DNA of 64,000 nt from Candidatus Binatia bacterium (GTDB lineage Bacteria > Desulfobacterota > Binatia > Bin18), in assembly GCA_963666315.2 (NCBI GenBank), contig CAXXHG010000043.1, positions 320,001 to 384,000 on the forward strand, given 5' to 3'. Below the pieces are notes generated by a model that was not told where the DNA came from, ran no database searches, and saw only the letters and a program-made list of their open reading frames with translations. Below are positions 50,198 through 60,945 of the stretch, one piece after another. Numbering within the stretch: position 1 is the first letter of the stretch; each line of letters begins with the position of its first letter. Both the position numbers and the translations under genes were made by a program.

Positions 50198-50805
50198 GAT
50201 GTGTTCAGTATATCCTTGAGTCCAACTCGGAGACTTTGCGTAGCTCGAAAAACGAGGCTTTTCACTGCTTTCTCAGTACAGTCGAGCACGCCTGCCACCT
50301 CTTGATATGATAGCCCTTCGAGCCGGCTCAACAACAGGGCGGTCCGCTGCGAGTCCGGAATGCAGCCAAGAATATCTTGTATTCTATCCGCCGTCTCCTT
50401 AGCTACCAAGAGTTTGTCCCCCGGCCAGCCCTTTTGGTCCGGGAGTGCGCGTGGGGGGGCTTCGTCTTCACCGTCATAAGGCTGGTCTAGCGTATCAATA
50501 CTGACACGATATTCCCCTCTCCGTACCTCGTTTAAGCAGTGATTATTGGCAATCTTAAACAACCAAGTCGAAAACTTTGCTTGAGGCTCATACCGCTCCT
50601 GCCAGCGATACACCTGCAAAAACACATCCTGCGCAATCTCCTCGGCACGGGCGCGATTGCCAAGAAAGCGAAAAGCAAAATTTACCACGGACGCAGCGTG
50701 TTTGTTAAACAGTTGCTGAAACGCACCCTCCTCCCCATTCTGGAAGCGAAGCATGAGCTGCACGTCAGGATCGTCGTTTGGCGAGCGCCTCTCTTTCTGT
50801 TTCAT
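50194..50805 (-). CDS. ECF sigma-70 factor
   Basis: AEEIAQDVFL, FSTWLFKIANN, GLSYQEVA...VKSLVFRA; start MKQKER at 50805. Confidence 0.92.
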   Translation of the reverse strand: MKQKERRSPNDDPDVQLMLRFQNGEEGAFQQLFNKHAASVVNFAFRFLGNRARAEEIAQDVFLQVYRWQERYEPQAKFSTWLFKIANNHCLNEVRRGEYRVSIDTLDQPYDGEDEAPPRALPDQKGWPGDKLLVAKETADRIQDILGCIPDSQRTALLLSRLEGLSYQEVAGVLDCTEKAVKSLVFRATQSLRVGLKDILNTS

Positions 50806-50983
50806 TGAACACTTCGCAACCCAAAAAGTCTCAGCAGGAGGCGCTCCTCTTCGGCCCTCTGTGTCTCGATCAAGCGTGATCAGCATATAGAGGTGAATAG
50901 AGAAAATGAAGTAGAGGCAAGGGATAAGGGGGATTGCCACAAGGCATTGGAGGCGCTGGGGGGAGAAAAATAGGAGCGCGTAT

Positions 50984-52615
50984 ATGCAGCCTTTTTTTGA
51001 GGAATCTCTGACGGAACATTTGGCCCGCATCGAGCATTATATGCGGGGGTGTGAGTTACTTGATTTTCCCCGCGAGGAAAGTTCCTTGCGAACCGAGCTT
51101 GCCGCATTTTTGCGCGACCACGAGACGGCCGTCGTGCAGGAATGGGTTGCCCTTATTGCCCAGACCTTTCCCATTGCGATGGAACAGGTTCCCGAAGTTA
51201 GGAACGACATGGGGGCCGCCCTCCGGCGCTGGGCCCAGCATATCGAGAACCCGGAGGATACGCAGACCTATGAGTATCTGCGCCAACATGCCCGGCAAGG
51301 ATTTATCTCACTTTTTCCTGCCTCCCGTTTTCTTGCCAGCCAGATGAAAATCCGTCTGCTCATTGTTGAACGTTTACGTGGGGCATATGCCAAAAATCGG
51401 AAAAAGTTAGTCGCGTTGCTCACCTTGCTGGATCAAGAATTCTATGAGCGTATTCTGCATATCACTGACTTTTTCGTTGAAGCACGGGAAGAGGCACTAC
51501 GAGACGAAGAAGAGCGTCATCGCAAAATAGTTGATTATTCTCCAGCCCCGATTTTTCAGATTAGCGGTCAGGACGGCACAATTCAGCGGGCTAATAAAGA
51601 GGCTGAAAAAGTGACGAGAATGTCACAGACAGAGCTTGCCGGAAAGGCAATCTGGGACCTGCATCCACCGGAGGAGAGAGAGCAAGTCCGGCAACTCTAT
51701 CACGAGACCTTAAAGCAAGGATATCTGGGCTGGGAGGATCTGCGCTTGCTGACAAAGAACGCGGAGGGCGTTGTTCCGGTGTCGGTCTATTTTGGCGCTC
51801 TTGAGCATCGCGGAGAAAAAACAATTCAAGGAATTTATGTTGATATCTCTGTTCGACGCCAGTTAGAAAGCCAGCTCATTCAGTCAGAGAAAATGGCGGC
51901 TATTGGACAGCTCGCGGCTGGGATTGCGCACGAAATTCGCAATCCACTCGGCATCATTCGTAATGCGTTATATGACCTTGGTCAGATCACAGACGCAACG
52001 AACCCAGATATTCAGGAAGATCTGCACATTGCCAAAGGAGAAATTACCCGTGCGCAGGAAATTATCACTAACCTCCTAGAGTTCTCCCGCGAGAGCGGGA
52101 CCGACATGGAAGAGGTTAGCCTGGATGATCTGCTAGGGAAAACGCTCCAGCTCATGCGCAAATATTTGGAGACACACAACGTCCAGGTCGTGACGCACTT
52201 TGGCGATGTCGGCAGCTGTCTGACCAACCAAAATGCCCTGCGTCAAGTCTTTCTGAACCTCATTACCAACGCGGTCCAAGCCATGCCTGACGGAGGCGAG
52301 CTGCGCTTATACACCAAACGGAACGCCCAGAATCATGTGTCGATTGAATTCAGTGACACAGGCGTCGGTATTCCAGAGCACCAGCTGAACAGCATCTTCA
52401 ATCCCTTTTTTACGACAAAAGAGCCCGGACAGGGTACCGGACTTGGTCTATCCATCGTCCATTCAGTGATTAAGCGCTACCAAGGCAATATCTCTGTTCA
52501 AAGCAATGTGAATCACGGCACGACGTTTCTGATAGAGCTTCCCTGTCCATGTGCCAACGAATCGTCCGTTTTTGAAAATTCAGCCCCGGACATAACACCG
52601 CCGGTGCTCTCTTAG
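50984..52615 (+). CDS. PAS-domain sensor histidine kinase (NtrB-like) with an N-terminal helical RsbRD_N-like domain
   Basis: EKMAAIGQLAAGIAHEIRNPL H-box, NLITNA, DTGVGI, FFTTK, GTGLGL. Confidence 0.9.
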   Translation: MQPFFEESLTEHLARIEHYMRGCELLDFPREESSLRTELAAFLRDHETAVVQEWVALIAQTFPIAMEQVPEVRNDMGAALRRWAQHIENPEDTQTYEYLRQHARQGFISLFPASRFLASQMKIRLLIVERLRGAYAKNRKKLVALLTLLDQEFYERILHITDFFVEAREEALRDEEERHRKIVDYSPAPIFQISGQDGTIQRANKEAEKVTRMSQTELAGKAIWDLHPPEEREQVRQLYHETLKQGYLGWEDLRLLTKNAEGVVPVSVYFGALEHRGEKTIQGIYVDISVRRQLESQLIQSEKMAAIGQLAAGIAHEIRNPLGIIRNALYDLGQITDATNPDIQEDLHIAKGEITRAQEIITNLLEFSRESGTDMEEVSLDDLLGKTLQLMRKYLETHNVQVVTHFGDVGSCLTNQNALRQVFLNLITNAVQAMPDGGELRLYTKRNAQNHVSIEFSDTGVGIPEHQLNSIFNPFFTTKEPGQGTGLGLSIVHSVIKRYQGNISVQSNVNHGTTFLIELPCPCANESSVFENSAPDITPPVLS

Positions 52616-52639
52616 GTAGCGCTTATCGAGACTGCTCGT

Positions 52640-54001
52640 ATGCAGGGACACATCCTCCTCGTCGAAGACGAAAGCAATATGGCCAAGATGCAGGCAAAGA
52701 TCCTGCATCGCAAAGGCTACACGGTAGAGGCTGTTTGTAATGGGCAAGAGGCGCTACGCCTGCTCGATCAGACGAATTTTGACGTCGTCATCACCGACCT
52801 CAAGATGCCGGTCATGGACGGCATGCAACTCCTGCATGAGATGCGCGCACGCGCCTGCGAGTGTCCGGTCATTGTGCTGACCGGACACGGCACGATTGAA
52901 AGCGCTGTCGAAGCCATGCAGCGCGGGGCCACCGATTATCTGACCAAACCCTGCAACCCGGACGAGCTGTTACTCAAGGTCGAGAAGCTGGTCGAAACAC
53001 GCCGCCTGCGCCGGGAGCTTGCCCAGTTACGGCGCGAGGTCAAGAGCTATAAACGCTTCGGTGAACTCATCGGACAGAGCGCGCCGATGCGTCGCCTATA
53101 TACCACGATAGGCGCGGTTAGTGGCAACAAAAGTACCGTGCTGGTGACGGGGGAGAGTGGTACCGGAAAAGAATTGGTCGCCCGGACCATTCACCTGAAA
53201 GGCCCGCGGGCAGAGCAACCATTTCTTGCCATCAATTGTGGCGCGATGTCAGAAACCCTGCTCGACAGCCAGCTCTTTGGCCATAAGCGAGGCGCGTTTA
53301 CCGGAGCGATCGCAGACAATGACGGCATCTTTCAAGCTGCCAGTGGCGGCACCCTCTTTCTCGACGAAATTGCGGAGATCCCACTCGCCCTGCAGGTCAA
53401 ATTCCTGCGTGTCATTCAAGAGCGGGAGGTCACGCCTTTAGGCGTGAGCCATCCGGTCAAGGTTGATGTACGGATCATTGCTGCGAGTAATACGGATCTC
53501 GAAGAAGCGGTTGCTCTTGGAACGTTTCGTAAAGACCTATTCTATCGTCTGAATGTCGTCCCGATTCATCTTCCGCCGCTGCGGGAGCGACGCGACGACA
53601 TTCCGCTCCTGGTCGATCACCTTATTGCCGGGTTCAGCACGGAGTATAAAGTCGAACCTAAACGACTGACAGCCGATGCCCTGAACAAGCTTGTTGCCTA
53701 TCCCTGGCCGGGCAATATTCGAGAGTTACAAAATGTGATCGAGCGCATGTTCGCGTTGAGTCATAGTCAGGAGACTACGCTGGCCGATCTCCCGGATCCC
53801 ATTGCCGGGTTCGAGATGCCAGCGTCTCATTTTGATGCCTGGGCTGACCTGCCTTCCCTAGAGTCTATGGAAAAGTCACTCATATCAACCGCCCTACGTC
53901 GGGGACACGGTAATAAAAACGAAGCCGCCCGCCTGCTCGATATTGACCGCCAGCGGCTGTATCGGAAGATTGAAAAATATCGTCTTGATTCTGCAGGATA
54001 G
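52640..54001 (+). CDS. Sigma54-dependent response regulator (NtrC family)
   Basis: Receiver, [26 protein letters not shown], Fis-type HTH. Confidence 0.95.
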   Translation: MQGHILLVEDESNMAKMQAKILHRKGYTVEAVCNGQEALRLLDQTNFDVVITDLKMPVMDGMQLLHEMRARACECPVIVLTGHGTIESAVEAMQRGATDYLTKPCNPDELLLKVEKLVETRRLRRELAQLRREVKSYKRFGELIGQSAPMRRLYTTIGAVSGNKSTVLVTGESGTGKELVARTIHLKGPRAEQPFLAINCGAMSETLLDSQLFGHKRGAFTGAIADNDGIFQAASGGTLFLDEIAEIPLALQVKFLRVIQEREVTPLGVSHPVKVDVRIIAASNTDLEEAVALGTFRKDLFYRLNVVPIHLPPLRERRDDIPLLVDHLIAGFSTEYKVEPKRLTADALNKLVAYPWPGNIRELQNVIERMFALSHSQETTLADLPDPIAGFEMPASHFDAWADLPSLESMEKSLISTALRRGHGNKNEAARLLDIDRQRLYRKIEKYRLDSAG

Positions 54002-54240
54002 GCGATCATAAGGATAGGTGATCGCCCTGCCCCCTCACACAACGATGATGCCTATACTCCAAGACATGCCAAAGTCGGCGTAATGGTTATTCCCTAGATG
54101 CCCCGCCAAGCTGCGAGAATACGTATGGCCCGTCAGGTATGGTCGCCACCTTCGCCCCGGACGGGAGCTCGTTGCAAAAGGTAAGGAAACGGAGAGCACA
54201 CAGGAGTTGCTCTTTCACACAAGCGGAGAGTCCGGGGTGG

Positions 54241-55770
54241 TCACGCAATCTCAACCTGATCAGGTTTTTCGGCTTCGTCACTGTCTCCTGATCGGAACTG
54301 TCTCTTATCCAGGTCATACGCCTGCATCTTTCTGTAGAGCGTTTTCACATCAACGCCACACACATTTGCCGTCAGTCCGATTGTTCCCCCACATGCCTCA
54401 AGCTGTTGCGCGAGATAAAACTTTTCTTGTTCTGCAAGCCACTGACGAAGCGGAAGGGATGTAGGCCCATTGGGCTGCCCATTGCCCACCAGTGCAGCCC
54501 GCCGGTCAGGCAAGTCAACGTTTTCAATTACTTTCCCGCTGGACAGAACGATTGCCCGCTCTAAGATATTCTGCATTTCCCGCACATTGCCCGGCCAGGC
54601 ATGCTGCATAAGCTGATCCATAGCGTGTCGTGAAACACTCCGAATCCCTCTTTGGAGGGCCACTTGATGGTGCTGCAGGAAATCCTGGACAAGCAAAGGG
54701 ACATCCTCACGCCGTTGCCGCAAGGGGATGAGCTGAATCGGCACCACGTTAATACGGTAGTAGAAATCTCCTCGCATCTCGCCTGGTTCAACCAGTTGTG
54801 CAAGCGGGATATTACTCGCTGCAATGACGCGCATATCGATTTGCACACGCTTCGTTGAGCCGAGGCGCTGAACTTTTTGATCCTGTAAGACGAGAAGAAG
54901 TTTTGCGTGCATGGCCAATGGAATACTCTCGACCTCATCGAGAAAAAGCGTTCCTCTATGCGCGAGTTCAATCTTCCCTGGGCGGGATTGGTCTGCTCCG
55001 GTAAAAGCGCCCCGTTCGTACCCAAAGAGCTCGCTCTCAAGCAAGGTTTCCGGAACGCCGGCACAATTAATAGGAATAAACGGCCCGCTGCGCTGCGCGC
55101 TTTGCTGGTGGATAGCGCTGGCAACAAGCTCTTTTCCCGTCCTGGTTTCGCCCTCGACCAGAACGGTCACATCAGTCCCCGCAACCAGGCGGATGACCTC
55201 AAACACCCGGTGCATCTCCGGAGTCTTACTCAGCATGCCGCCAAATTCGTAGCGGTCTTTCAGAATCCGTCTGAGGTGTCGGATCTCAGTAAAGGCGCGC
55301 GCTTTCTCTAACACTCCTCGGGTCGATTCCTGAATCGCGGCGGCACGAAATGGCTTGACAATATAGTCGGTTGCGCTGAGTTTGAGGACCTCGACCGCAT
55401 TTTCGATCCCTGCGTGTCCGGTAATCACCACCACAGGAACATCAGGATAGAGTTCTTGGATACGTTTAGTCAGTTCGACACCACTCAATCCCGGGAGTTT
55501 GATATCCGTAACAACGAGATCGATATCCTTGGCTTTGAGGCGCTCAAGCGCGTCTTCCGCCGTCGCTACAGGAGAGACGGTATAGCCACTCAGGACATAC
55601 AGACGCTCAATCTGTTCGCGAATGAGTTCGTCATCATCAACGACAAGGATATGAGGAATGGGCTCCGGAAGCGAAACGTCCGGTTGCTCTCCCACGCGTC
55701 TTTTTGATCGCTCAGAAGCGGCCCGGGGCCTCTCGCCCACAGTTCCCCTTTTAAATCTCTCTACTGTCAT
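54241..55770 (-). CDS. Sigma54-dependent response regulator (NtrC family), variant Walker A
   Basis: Receiver, GETRTGKE, GAFTGA, WPGNVRE, HTH. Confidence 0.9.
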   Translation of the reverse strand: MTVERFKRGTVGERPRAASERSKRRVGEQPDVSLPEPIPHILVVDDDELIREQIERLYVLSGYTVSPVATAEDALERLKAKDIDLVVTDIKLPGLSGVELTKRIQELYPDVPVVVITGHAGIENAVEVLKLSATDYIVKPFRAAAIQESTRGVLEKARAFTEIRHLRRILKDRYEFGGMLSKTPEMHRVFEVIRLVAGTDVTVLVEGETRTGKELVASAIHQQSAQRSGPFIPINCAGVPETLLESELFGYERGAFTGADQSRPGKIELAHRGTLFLDEVESIPLAMHAKLLLVLQDQKVQRLGSTKRVQIDMRVIAASNIPLAQLVEPGEMRGDFYYRINVVPIQLIPLRQRREDVPLLVQDFLQHHQVALQRGIRSVSRHAMDQLMQHAWPGNVREMQNILERAIVLSSGKVIENVDLPDRRAALVGNGQPNGPTSLPLRQWLAEQEKFYLAQQLEACGGTIGLTANVCGVDVKTLYRKMQAYDLDKRQFRSGDSDEAEKPDQVEIA

Positions 55771-56960
55771 AAGGATCTCCGTTTTCTCCAGAAACTGCTC
55801 GAAAGCGCATTTTTAAGAGGCCCTGTTTCGGGCTTTTTCGATAGAAAGAGAGCTTGCCGCCGTACTGCTGTAGCAGCTCGTCGACAAGCACGAGGCTCAG
55901 GCCAATCTGATAGCCATTAATCCGGACAAAGGGCTGTAGTTCCCATTCTTCATCGAGCCCCAGCGGTGTCTGCGCACAGCAGTCGAAGCTGAGTGTAATT
56001 TCCTGGTGTGAAGACACGCGACGTGCTGCAACCGCTATCGGTATGTTCCCCGCCTCCGAAAAAAGCGCACTGCAAAATGCAAGACTGCGTTCAAGAGCCT
56101 TGCCGAATTGTCGCCAGTTGAGCCAGAGCGGGAGCGGATCGACTCGAGGTCGAACCACAATCAAGACACCCTTTTGTGTCCACTCTCGTTCCAAACGCTG
56201 TACCGTCTCGTCAAGAACGACGAACAAGTCTTCCGAAGAGCGTTGGATCTCTGGCGGACAAAAGTATTCCTGCGTCTCTCGAAGAAGCCGACTGGTGCGC
56301 TCAATCGCGTGTGCCACAATCTGCCCCTCAACTGGGTCGGACATAGTCATACTCAAGAGATCGACCCCCATCCCAATGCCTTACAGACTATTTTGTAGCT
56401 CGTGCGTCAGTCCATCGATCATTGCCGCCGTCGTCTGGCTCCATGTATCTTTCTCACCAGCCCGTCCTTTTTTGAGATCAGAAATATCCGTATAGACGCT
56501 CAGCACACCGCCCGACTTCCCATACAGGGCGCTGTATTGTGGATATCTCACGGAGCCAAATGGCCTGACGTTGTCCGTTGGGGAAAAAACGATAATCACA
56601 TCCAGCCCGCTTAAGACCGCGAAGCAATTCTCTCCGAGAGGCGGTAAAAATGGAACGATCTTGAGGATGAATCCGATCAGTCCACGCCGTCACGGTAGCT
56701 CCTTCACCTGTGACCACAGCAAACAATTGCCGGGCTTGGGGGTTCAGCATTGCTGTATCTTTTCCCAAATCCCATATCGCTGCGGCACAGGGGAGGAGAT
56801 CGAGCAGATCAAGATCAATATGTGGAGAGCCCGAAAGGGGCGTAAGAGCATTGTCCGCAACGGAGTGTTGGTGTCTCATCAGAAATCCGCTCCAGTCACC
56901 CTGGTCTGGAAAACGGGGGCAGTATGTCGCATAGAGATGCCTCTCGTCTCGCGCTTGCAC
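55751..56960 (-). pseudogene. PAS/histidine-kinase-like gene, fragmented
   Basis: PAS (IHPQD) piece, H-box-like GLTHELQNSL followed by a stop, degenerate HATPase piece, in different frames. Confidence 0.6.
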
Positions 56961-57298
56961 TGAGAGCTCCGGCTGTATCGTCTTCTATTCCGAATATCGG
57001 TCACCTCTCCCCGATCTTAATGATGGCGGCCCGTATTGTGCCCGAAAATTCCTCAGACATTATTCAAGCGGACTGCAAACGGACCAATGGAAAGAAAAGA
57101 AAGAAAGAGCGAGCGGGCAAATGGGGAGGATGAGAGGACGAGGGGAGGGAAATCGCCCTACAGGCTGGACCGGGGTCGAAGAAACCCTGGCAAAACGGGA
57201 AAGGCAAAAGCCAAGGAAAGCGTGCCCCTCAACACACAGGATAAGGGGCGGCGCCTTAATACACAAGACAAGAGGCGTGCAGGACTACTGGGGCACAC

Positions 57299-58276
57299 TT
57301 AACGCAACTGACCTTCAACAAACGGCACTTCGTAGACCTTCTCATGGTTGATAGGTCCGTGCCCAAAATACCCTTCCTCACCAAACAGCTCGCCGTGGTC
57401 TGCGGTTATGGTGATATAGGTATTCGGCGGCACGGCATCGAAAAGCCGTTCAAAGACACCGTCAAGATAGCGTACGGCATGCACCTGGCGCTCGCGTAAG
57501 AGGTCGAGTTTGTCTTGATCGAAGAACCGACCACTGTCCGCCTCGGTCTCAATCAGCTTGCCGCCAACCATTCCATCATCGAAATGTTTAAACACTCCAT
57601 GCACGCCATGAATTTTCGGCCATTCGTCGCTCGGCTCGCCGGGCAGAGCATAGGGATAATGGGTCTCTCCGACATTGAGCAAATAGAACGATGGGCGGTC
57701 CCCAGAGAAGGTCAACCGATCGACCATTGCAGCCATATCGTTATGCGTTGGCATAAGGGTAAAGGTGTCGAAATCCTTATTGATCAGCGTAGCTGGATTC
57801 AGCACTGGAAGGGAGACCATGGCATGGGTCCGATAGCCGAGTTTCCATTTCAAAAACGTGGGCAAAAAGAGTTGCGGAACGAAGCTTTTAAACTCAACCT
57901 TCTCTGCCCCCAGACGCTCTCGAAACTTGAGAAAGTCTTGCTTGTAATATTCGGAAGCATAGACTTGCTTTGGACTCGAATGTGGCAGCAACCCCATGAG
58001 CAAATTGTAGTGCGAAGGAGCCGTCCACGACGCATAGCTCCAGCAGCGCTGCACCTCACCCAGGGCACTGACCGTTTTCGGAGCCGCAGCCATAAAGGCA
58101 TCATAGCGACAACTATCGAGGATCACGATGATATAGTTGTTCGTGCCTTGAGGCTGAGGTAGGGCTTGCAGCGCTACGCTCTGGATCGTCCGGGCCACGG
58201 CGTCCTGCCGCGTCTCGGCAGACTGGGGCGAGGTCATAGACGTTTCCCGCTTGAAGATCCGGTCCAAAATGCCCAT
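57299..58276 (-). CDS. Alkaline phosphatase / sulfatase superfamily metalloenzyme
   Basis: ILDSCRYD, SWTAPSH, ETHYPY, ADHGE, GHG, EVPF. Confidence 0.8.
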   Translation of the reverse strand: MGILDRIFKRETSMTSPQSAETRQDAVARTIQSVALQALPQPQGTNNYIIVILDSCRYDAFMAAAPKTVSALGEVQRCWSYASWTAPSHYNLLMGLLPHSSPKQVYASEYYKQDFLKFRERLGAEKVEFKSFVPQLFLPTFLKWKLGYRTHAMVSLPVLNPATLINKDFDTFTLMPTHNDMAAMVDRLTFSGDRPSFYLLNVGETHYPYALPGEPSDEWPKIHGVHGVFKHFDDGMVGGKLIETEADSGRFFDQDKLDLLRERQVHAVRYLDGVFERLFDAVPPNTYITITADHGELFGEEGYFGHGPINHEKVYEVPFVEGQLR

Positions 58277-58340
58277 GCCTATCTCTCTCTATCGTTATGG
58301 CTACGCAACACTGCCAATTCTTCTGGGGAGACTAGCGTCC

Positions 58341-59744
58341 CTAGAGCCGCAAGATATGGGGATCACCAAAGTTCTGGAAGGCATTCCGGCAGTCAACGAT
58401 CAACGGACTGTGTTTGACGATCAGGTCGGCATCAAAAGCCGCGTGGTCAGTCAGCATGATAACGCAATCCGCCCAGGCCAGCACTTCGGGAGTCAGCTCG
58501 ACCGCGTGCAGCTCCATGCCACTGACTTCCACCTGCGGAACGTACGGGTCGGCATACTGTAAGGTCGCGCCTTTCTCATGGAGTATATGTAGCACTTCGA
58601 GCGCAGGAGATTCGCGCACATCATTCACATCGCGCTTATATGCCACCCCGAGGGCCAAGAGTTTTGCGCCGCGCAGGCTTTGGCATTTTTCATTCAGCAC
58701 ATCGGCAATCCGGCCCACCGTAAAGGCCGGCATTTGGCTATTAATCTGGCAAGCGAGTTCGATGAGTCTCGGCTCGACCCCGTTCATTTTCGCCTTCCAG
58801 GTCAGATAATGGGGATCAATAGGGATACAATGCCCTCCCAAGCCGGGTCCGGGATAGAAGGCCATAAAACCGAACGGTTTTGTCTTTGCCGCTGCAATGA
58901 CTTCCCAGACGTTAATGTCGAACGTAAGGCAGAGTTGCGCCATTTCATTGGCGAGTGCGATATTCACGCTCCGAAACGTGTTCTCCAGCAGCTTGACCAT
59001 CTCGGCCGTGCCCGGAGAGGAGACCGGCACGAGCTGTTCAATAAACTGCTGATACAGCAGGACCGCCAATTCGGTACACTGCGGGGTGATCCCCCCGACA
59101 ACTTTGGGAATCGTCCGGGTCATATACAACGCGTTCCCGGGATCGACCCGCTCAGGGGAAAACGCGAGAAAGAAGTCTGTCCCGACTTGCATGCCGGAGC
59201 GTTCAAGGATCGGCAGCACCACTTCCTGGGTGGTGCCTGGATAGGTCGTACTTTCCAAAATAATCAATTGCCCGGGCCGCAGATGGGTGCGCACCGCTTC
59301 TACGGCGGCAATAATATACGAGAGATCCGGGTCGCGGGTTTTCCGCAGCGGCGTCGGCACACAGATACTCACCGCATCCAGGGCTTCAATCGCAACAAGA
59401 GACTGGGTGGCCCGCAGCCGCTCCTGTCTGACGAGCTGCCCCATATCGGCACTGGGCACATCTAAGACATACGAGTGCCCGGCATTGACCGCCTCGACCT
59501 TCTTCGCGTCGATGTCGATCCCCGTTACCTGAAAGCCCTCCGTCGCCATCTCCAGGGCTAAAGGCAGTCCCACATACCCCAATCCCATCACACCCAGCTG
59601 CGCAGAACGATCACGGATCTTCTGTTTGAGCCTCGCTCCATCCTGTGACTGCGTGTGACCGAGGTCTTTCACATCATGCTCCTTTGCCCTCCCTACCATC
59701 GCACTCTCTGATTGAATACGGTCTTTCGACAACACATGTCTCAC
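58341..59744 (-). CDS. UDP-N-acetyl-hexosamine (nucleotide-sugar) 6-dehydrogenase; start uncertain
   Basis: GLGYVGLP, CVPTP, ESTTYPG, SPERVDPG, GGHCIPID, DVRESP. Confidence 0.92.
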   Translation of the reverse strand: MRHVLSKDRIQSESAMVGRAKEHDVKDLGHTQSQDGARLKQKIRDRSAQLGVMGLGYVGLPLALEMATEGFQVTGIDIDAKKVEAVNAGHSYVLDVPSADMGQLVRQERLRATQSLVAIEALDAVSICVPTPLRKTRDPDLSYIIAAVEAVRTHLRPGQLIILESTTYPGTTQEVVLPILERSGMQVGTDFFLAFSPERVDPGNALYMTRTIPKVVGGITPQCTELAVLLYQQFIEQLVPVSSPGTAEMVKLLENTFRSVNIALANEMAQLCLTFDINVWEVIAAAKTKPFGFMAFYPGPGLGGHCIPIDPHYLTWKAKMNGVEPRLIELACQINSQMPAFTVGRIADVLNEKCQSLRGAKLLALGVAYKRDVNDVRESPALEVLHILHEKGATLQYADPYVPQVEVSGMELHAVELTPEVLAWADCVIMLTDHAAFDADLIVKHSPLIVDCRNAFQNFGDPHILRL

Positions 59745-59919
59745 CTCTCCTCACTTGTACAAATGCTTCCGCCGAGAGGCATGGCAGGCATCCGGTTTCC
59801 GACGGGTTCCGATCACCCGTCTAGACCGGCTACATTCTTTACCCTCTCGTTAATCACAGCCAGAAAAAACTCGTAATGGAGGGCTATGCCCCGATCCTAC
59901 GAGGCCTCAAGGGAAGTTC

Positions 59920-60537
59920 TCAATGATCTCTCACACGGGCCATATTTGCTATAATACAGGCAGTCGTTGCCGTTTCTTCAGCTAAGTCAATCACATCGAC
60001 CGCTTCCTGAATCGTTTCGCCAAACGAGACAACACCATGCTGCTCCAAGACTAGCATTCGCGTGTTTTTATCACTAGCCGCGAGCGTCCTTTCTACGGCC
60101 GCTGCAAGTTCTCGTGTCCCAGAAGATGCGAGCGGAACGACGGGAGATCGACCGAGTCGCATTTCAGCCGTCACAGTAACCAGCGGTATTTCCTCGCCTC
60201 GTACTGCAAAACTCACGCAGTGCGGCGGGTGCAAGTGCGCAATCGCTCTAATTTCCAGGTGTGTAGCGTAAATAGCCACGTGCATGAGCGTTTCCTCTGA
60301 GGGCAGGTATTGATCAGGACCAGCAATTTTATTCCCCTTAATGTCTACAGTCACACATGTATCAACGCTGATTTCCCGCAACGATATCTGGCTTGGAGTA
60401 ATCAGGAATGTTGCCGAATCCCCAATTCGAGCGCTGATGTTTCCGCCTGTCCCAGACACCAGCCGCCTATGATATGAGAGCTGGCAGTAGCGGACCAGCT
60501 CTTCTCTCAGAGCCTGATCACTTATCATAGTCTCCAC
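59920..60537 (-). CDS. Class II aldolase/adducin family protein
   Basis: GGNISAR, PSEETLMH, HLHPP, QHG. Confidence 0.88.
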   Translation of the reverse strand: METMISDQALREELVRYCQLSYHRRLVSGTGGNISARIGDSATFLITPSQISLREISVDTCVTVDIKGNKIAGPDQYLPSEETLMHVAIYATHLEIRAIAHLHPPHCVSFAVRGEEIPLVTVTAEMRLGRSPVVPLASSGTRELAAAVERTLAASDKNTRMLVLEQHGVVSFGETIQEAVDVIDLAEETATTACIIANMARVRDH

Positions 60538-60629
60538 TTTCCCCTACGCATTCGCTACGATTTCGTATGTGCTGCCCTGCGGCCGCCAACGACGCTTCCT
60601 TCTACCCCTGCAAGCTGGGCGGGAAGGAT

Positions 60630-60818
60630 TCGTCCACGAAGAAATCGTCCATAAAACAGTAGATTACGGTCATCTGGTCCTCTATGGTGTCGAGCATGGG
60701 TCGTCGTCCTTTGATGGCAGCCGGGCCGGCTCACGTAATCCTACACACTGCTTCTGGACTGACGACCCTTCTCGGTCAGCTCAGGACTGTGGTTGACCGA
60801 GCCGTTTAAGCGCAAGGT
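60630..60818 (-). mobile_element. 5' relic of an IS982-like element
   Basis: MLDTIEDQMTVIYCFMDDF (ATG 60697 with AAGGA RBS) resembles the IS982 transposase N-terminus; ACC-starting end near 60818. Confidence 0.45.
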
Positions 60819-60945
60819 TACGTCTAAGGCAGAAAGGCGAAATTTTCACTGCAACACAGTTATACTCGGCAACCAGTGGATGCTCAAGCAGGATCTGCAG
60901 GATTTGCATCTGGTAGAGTACATACCGAAACACAGGAAAAACAAA

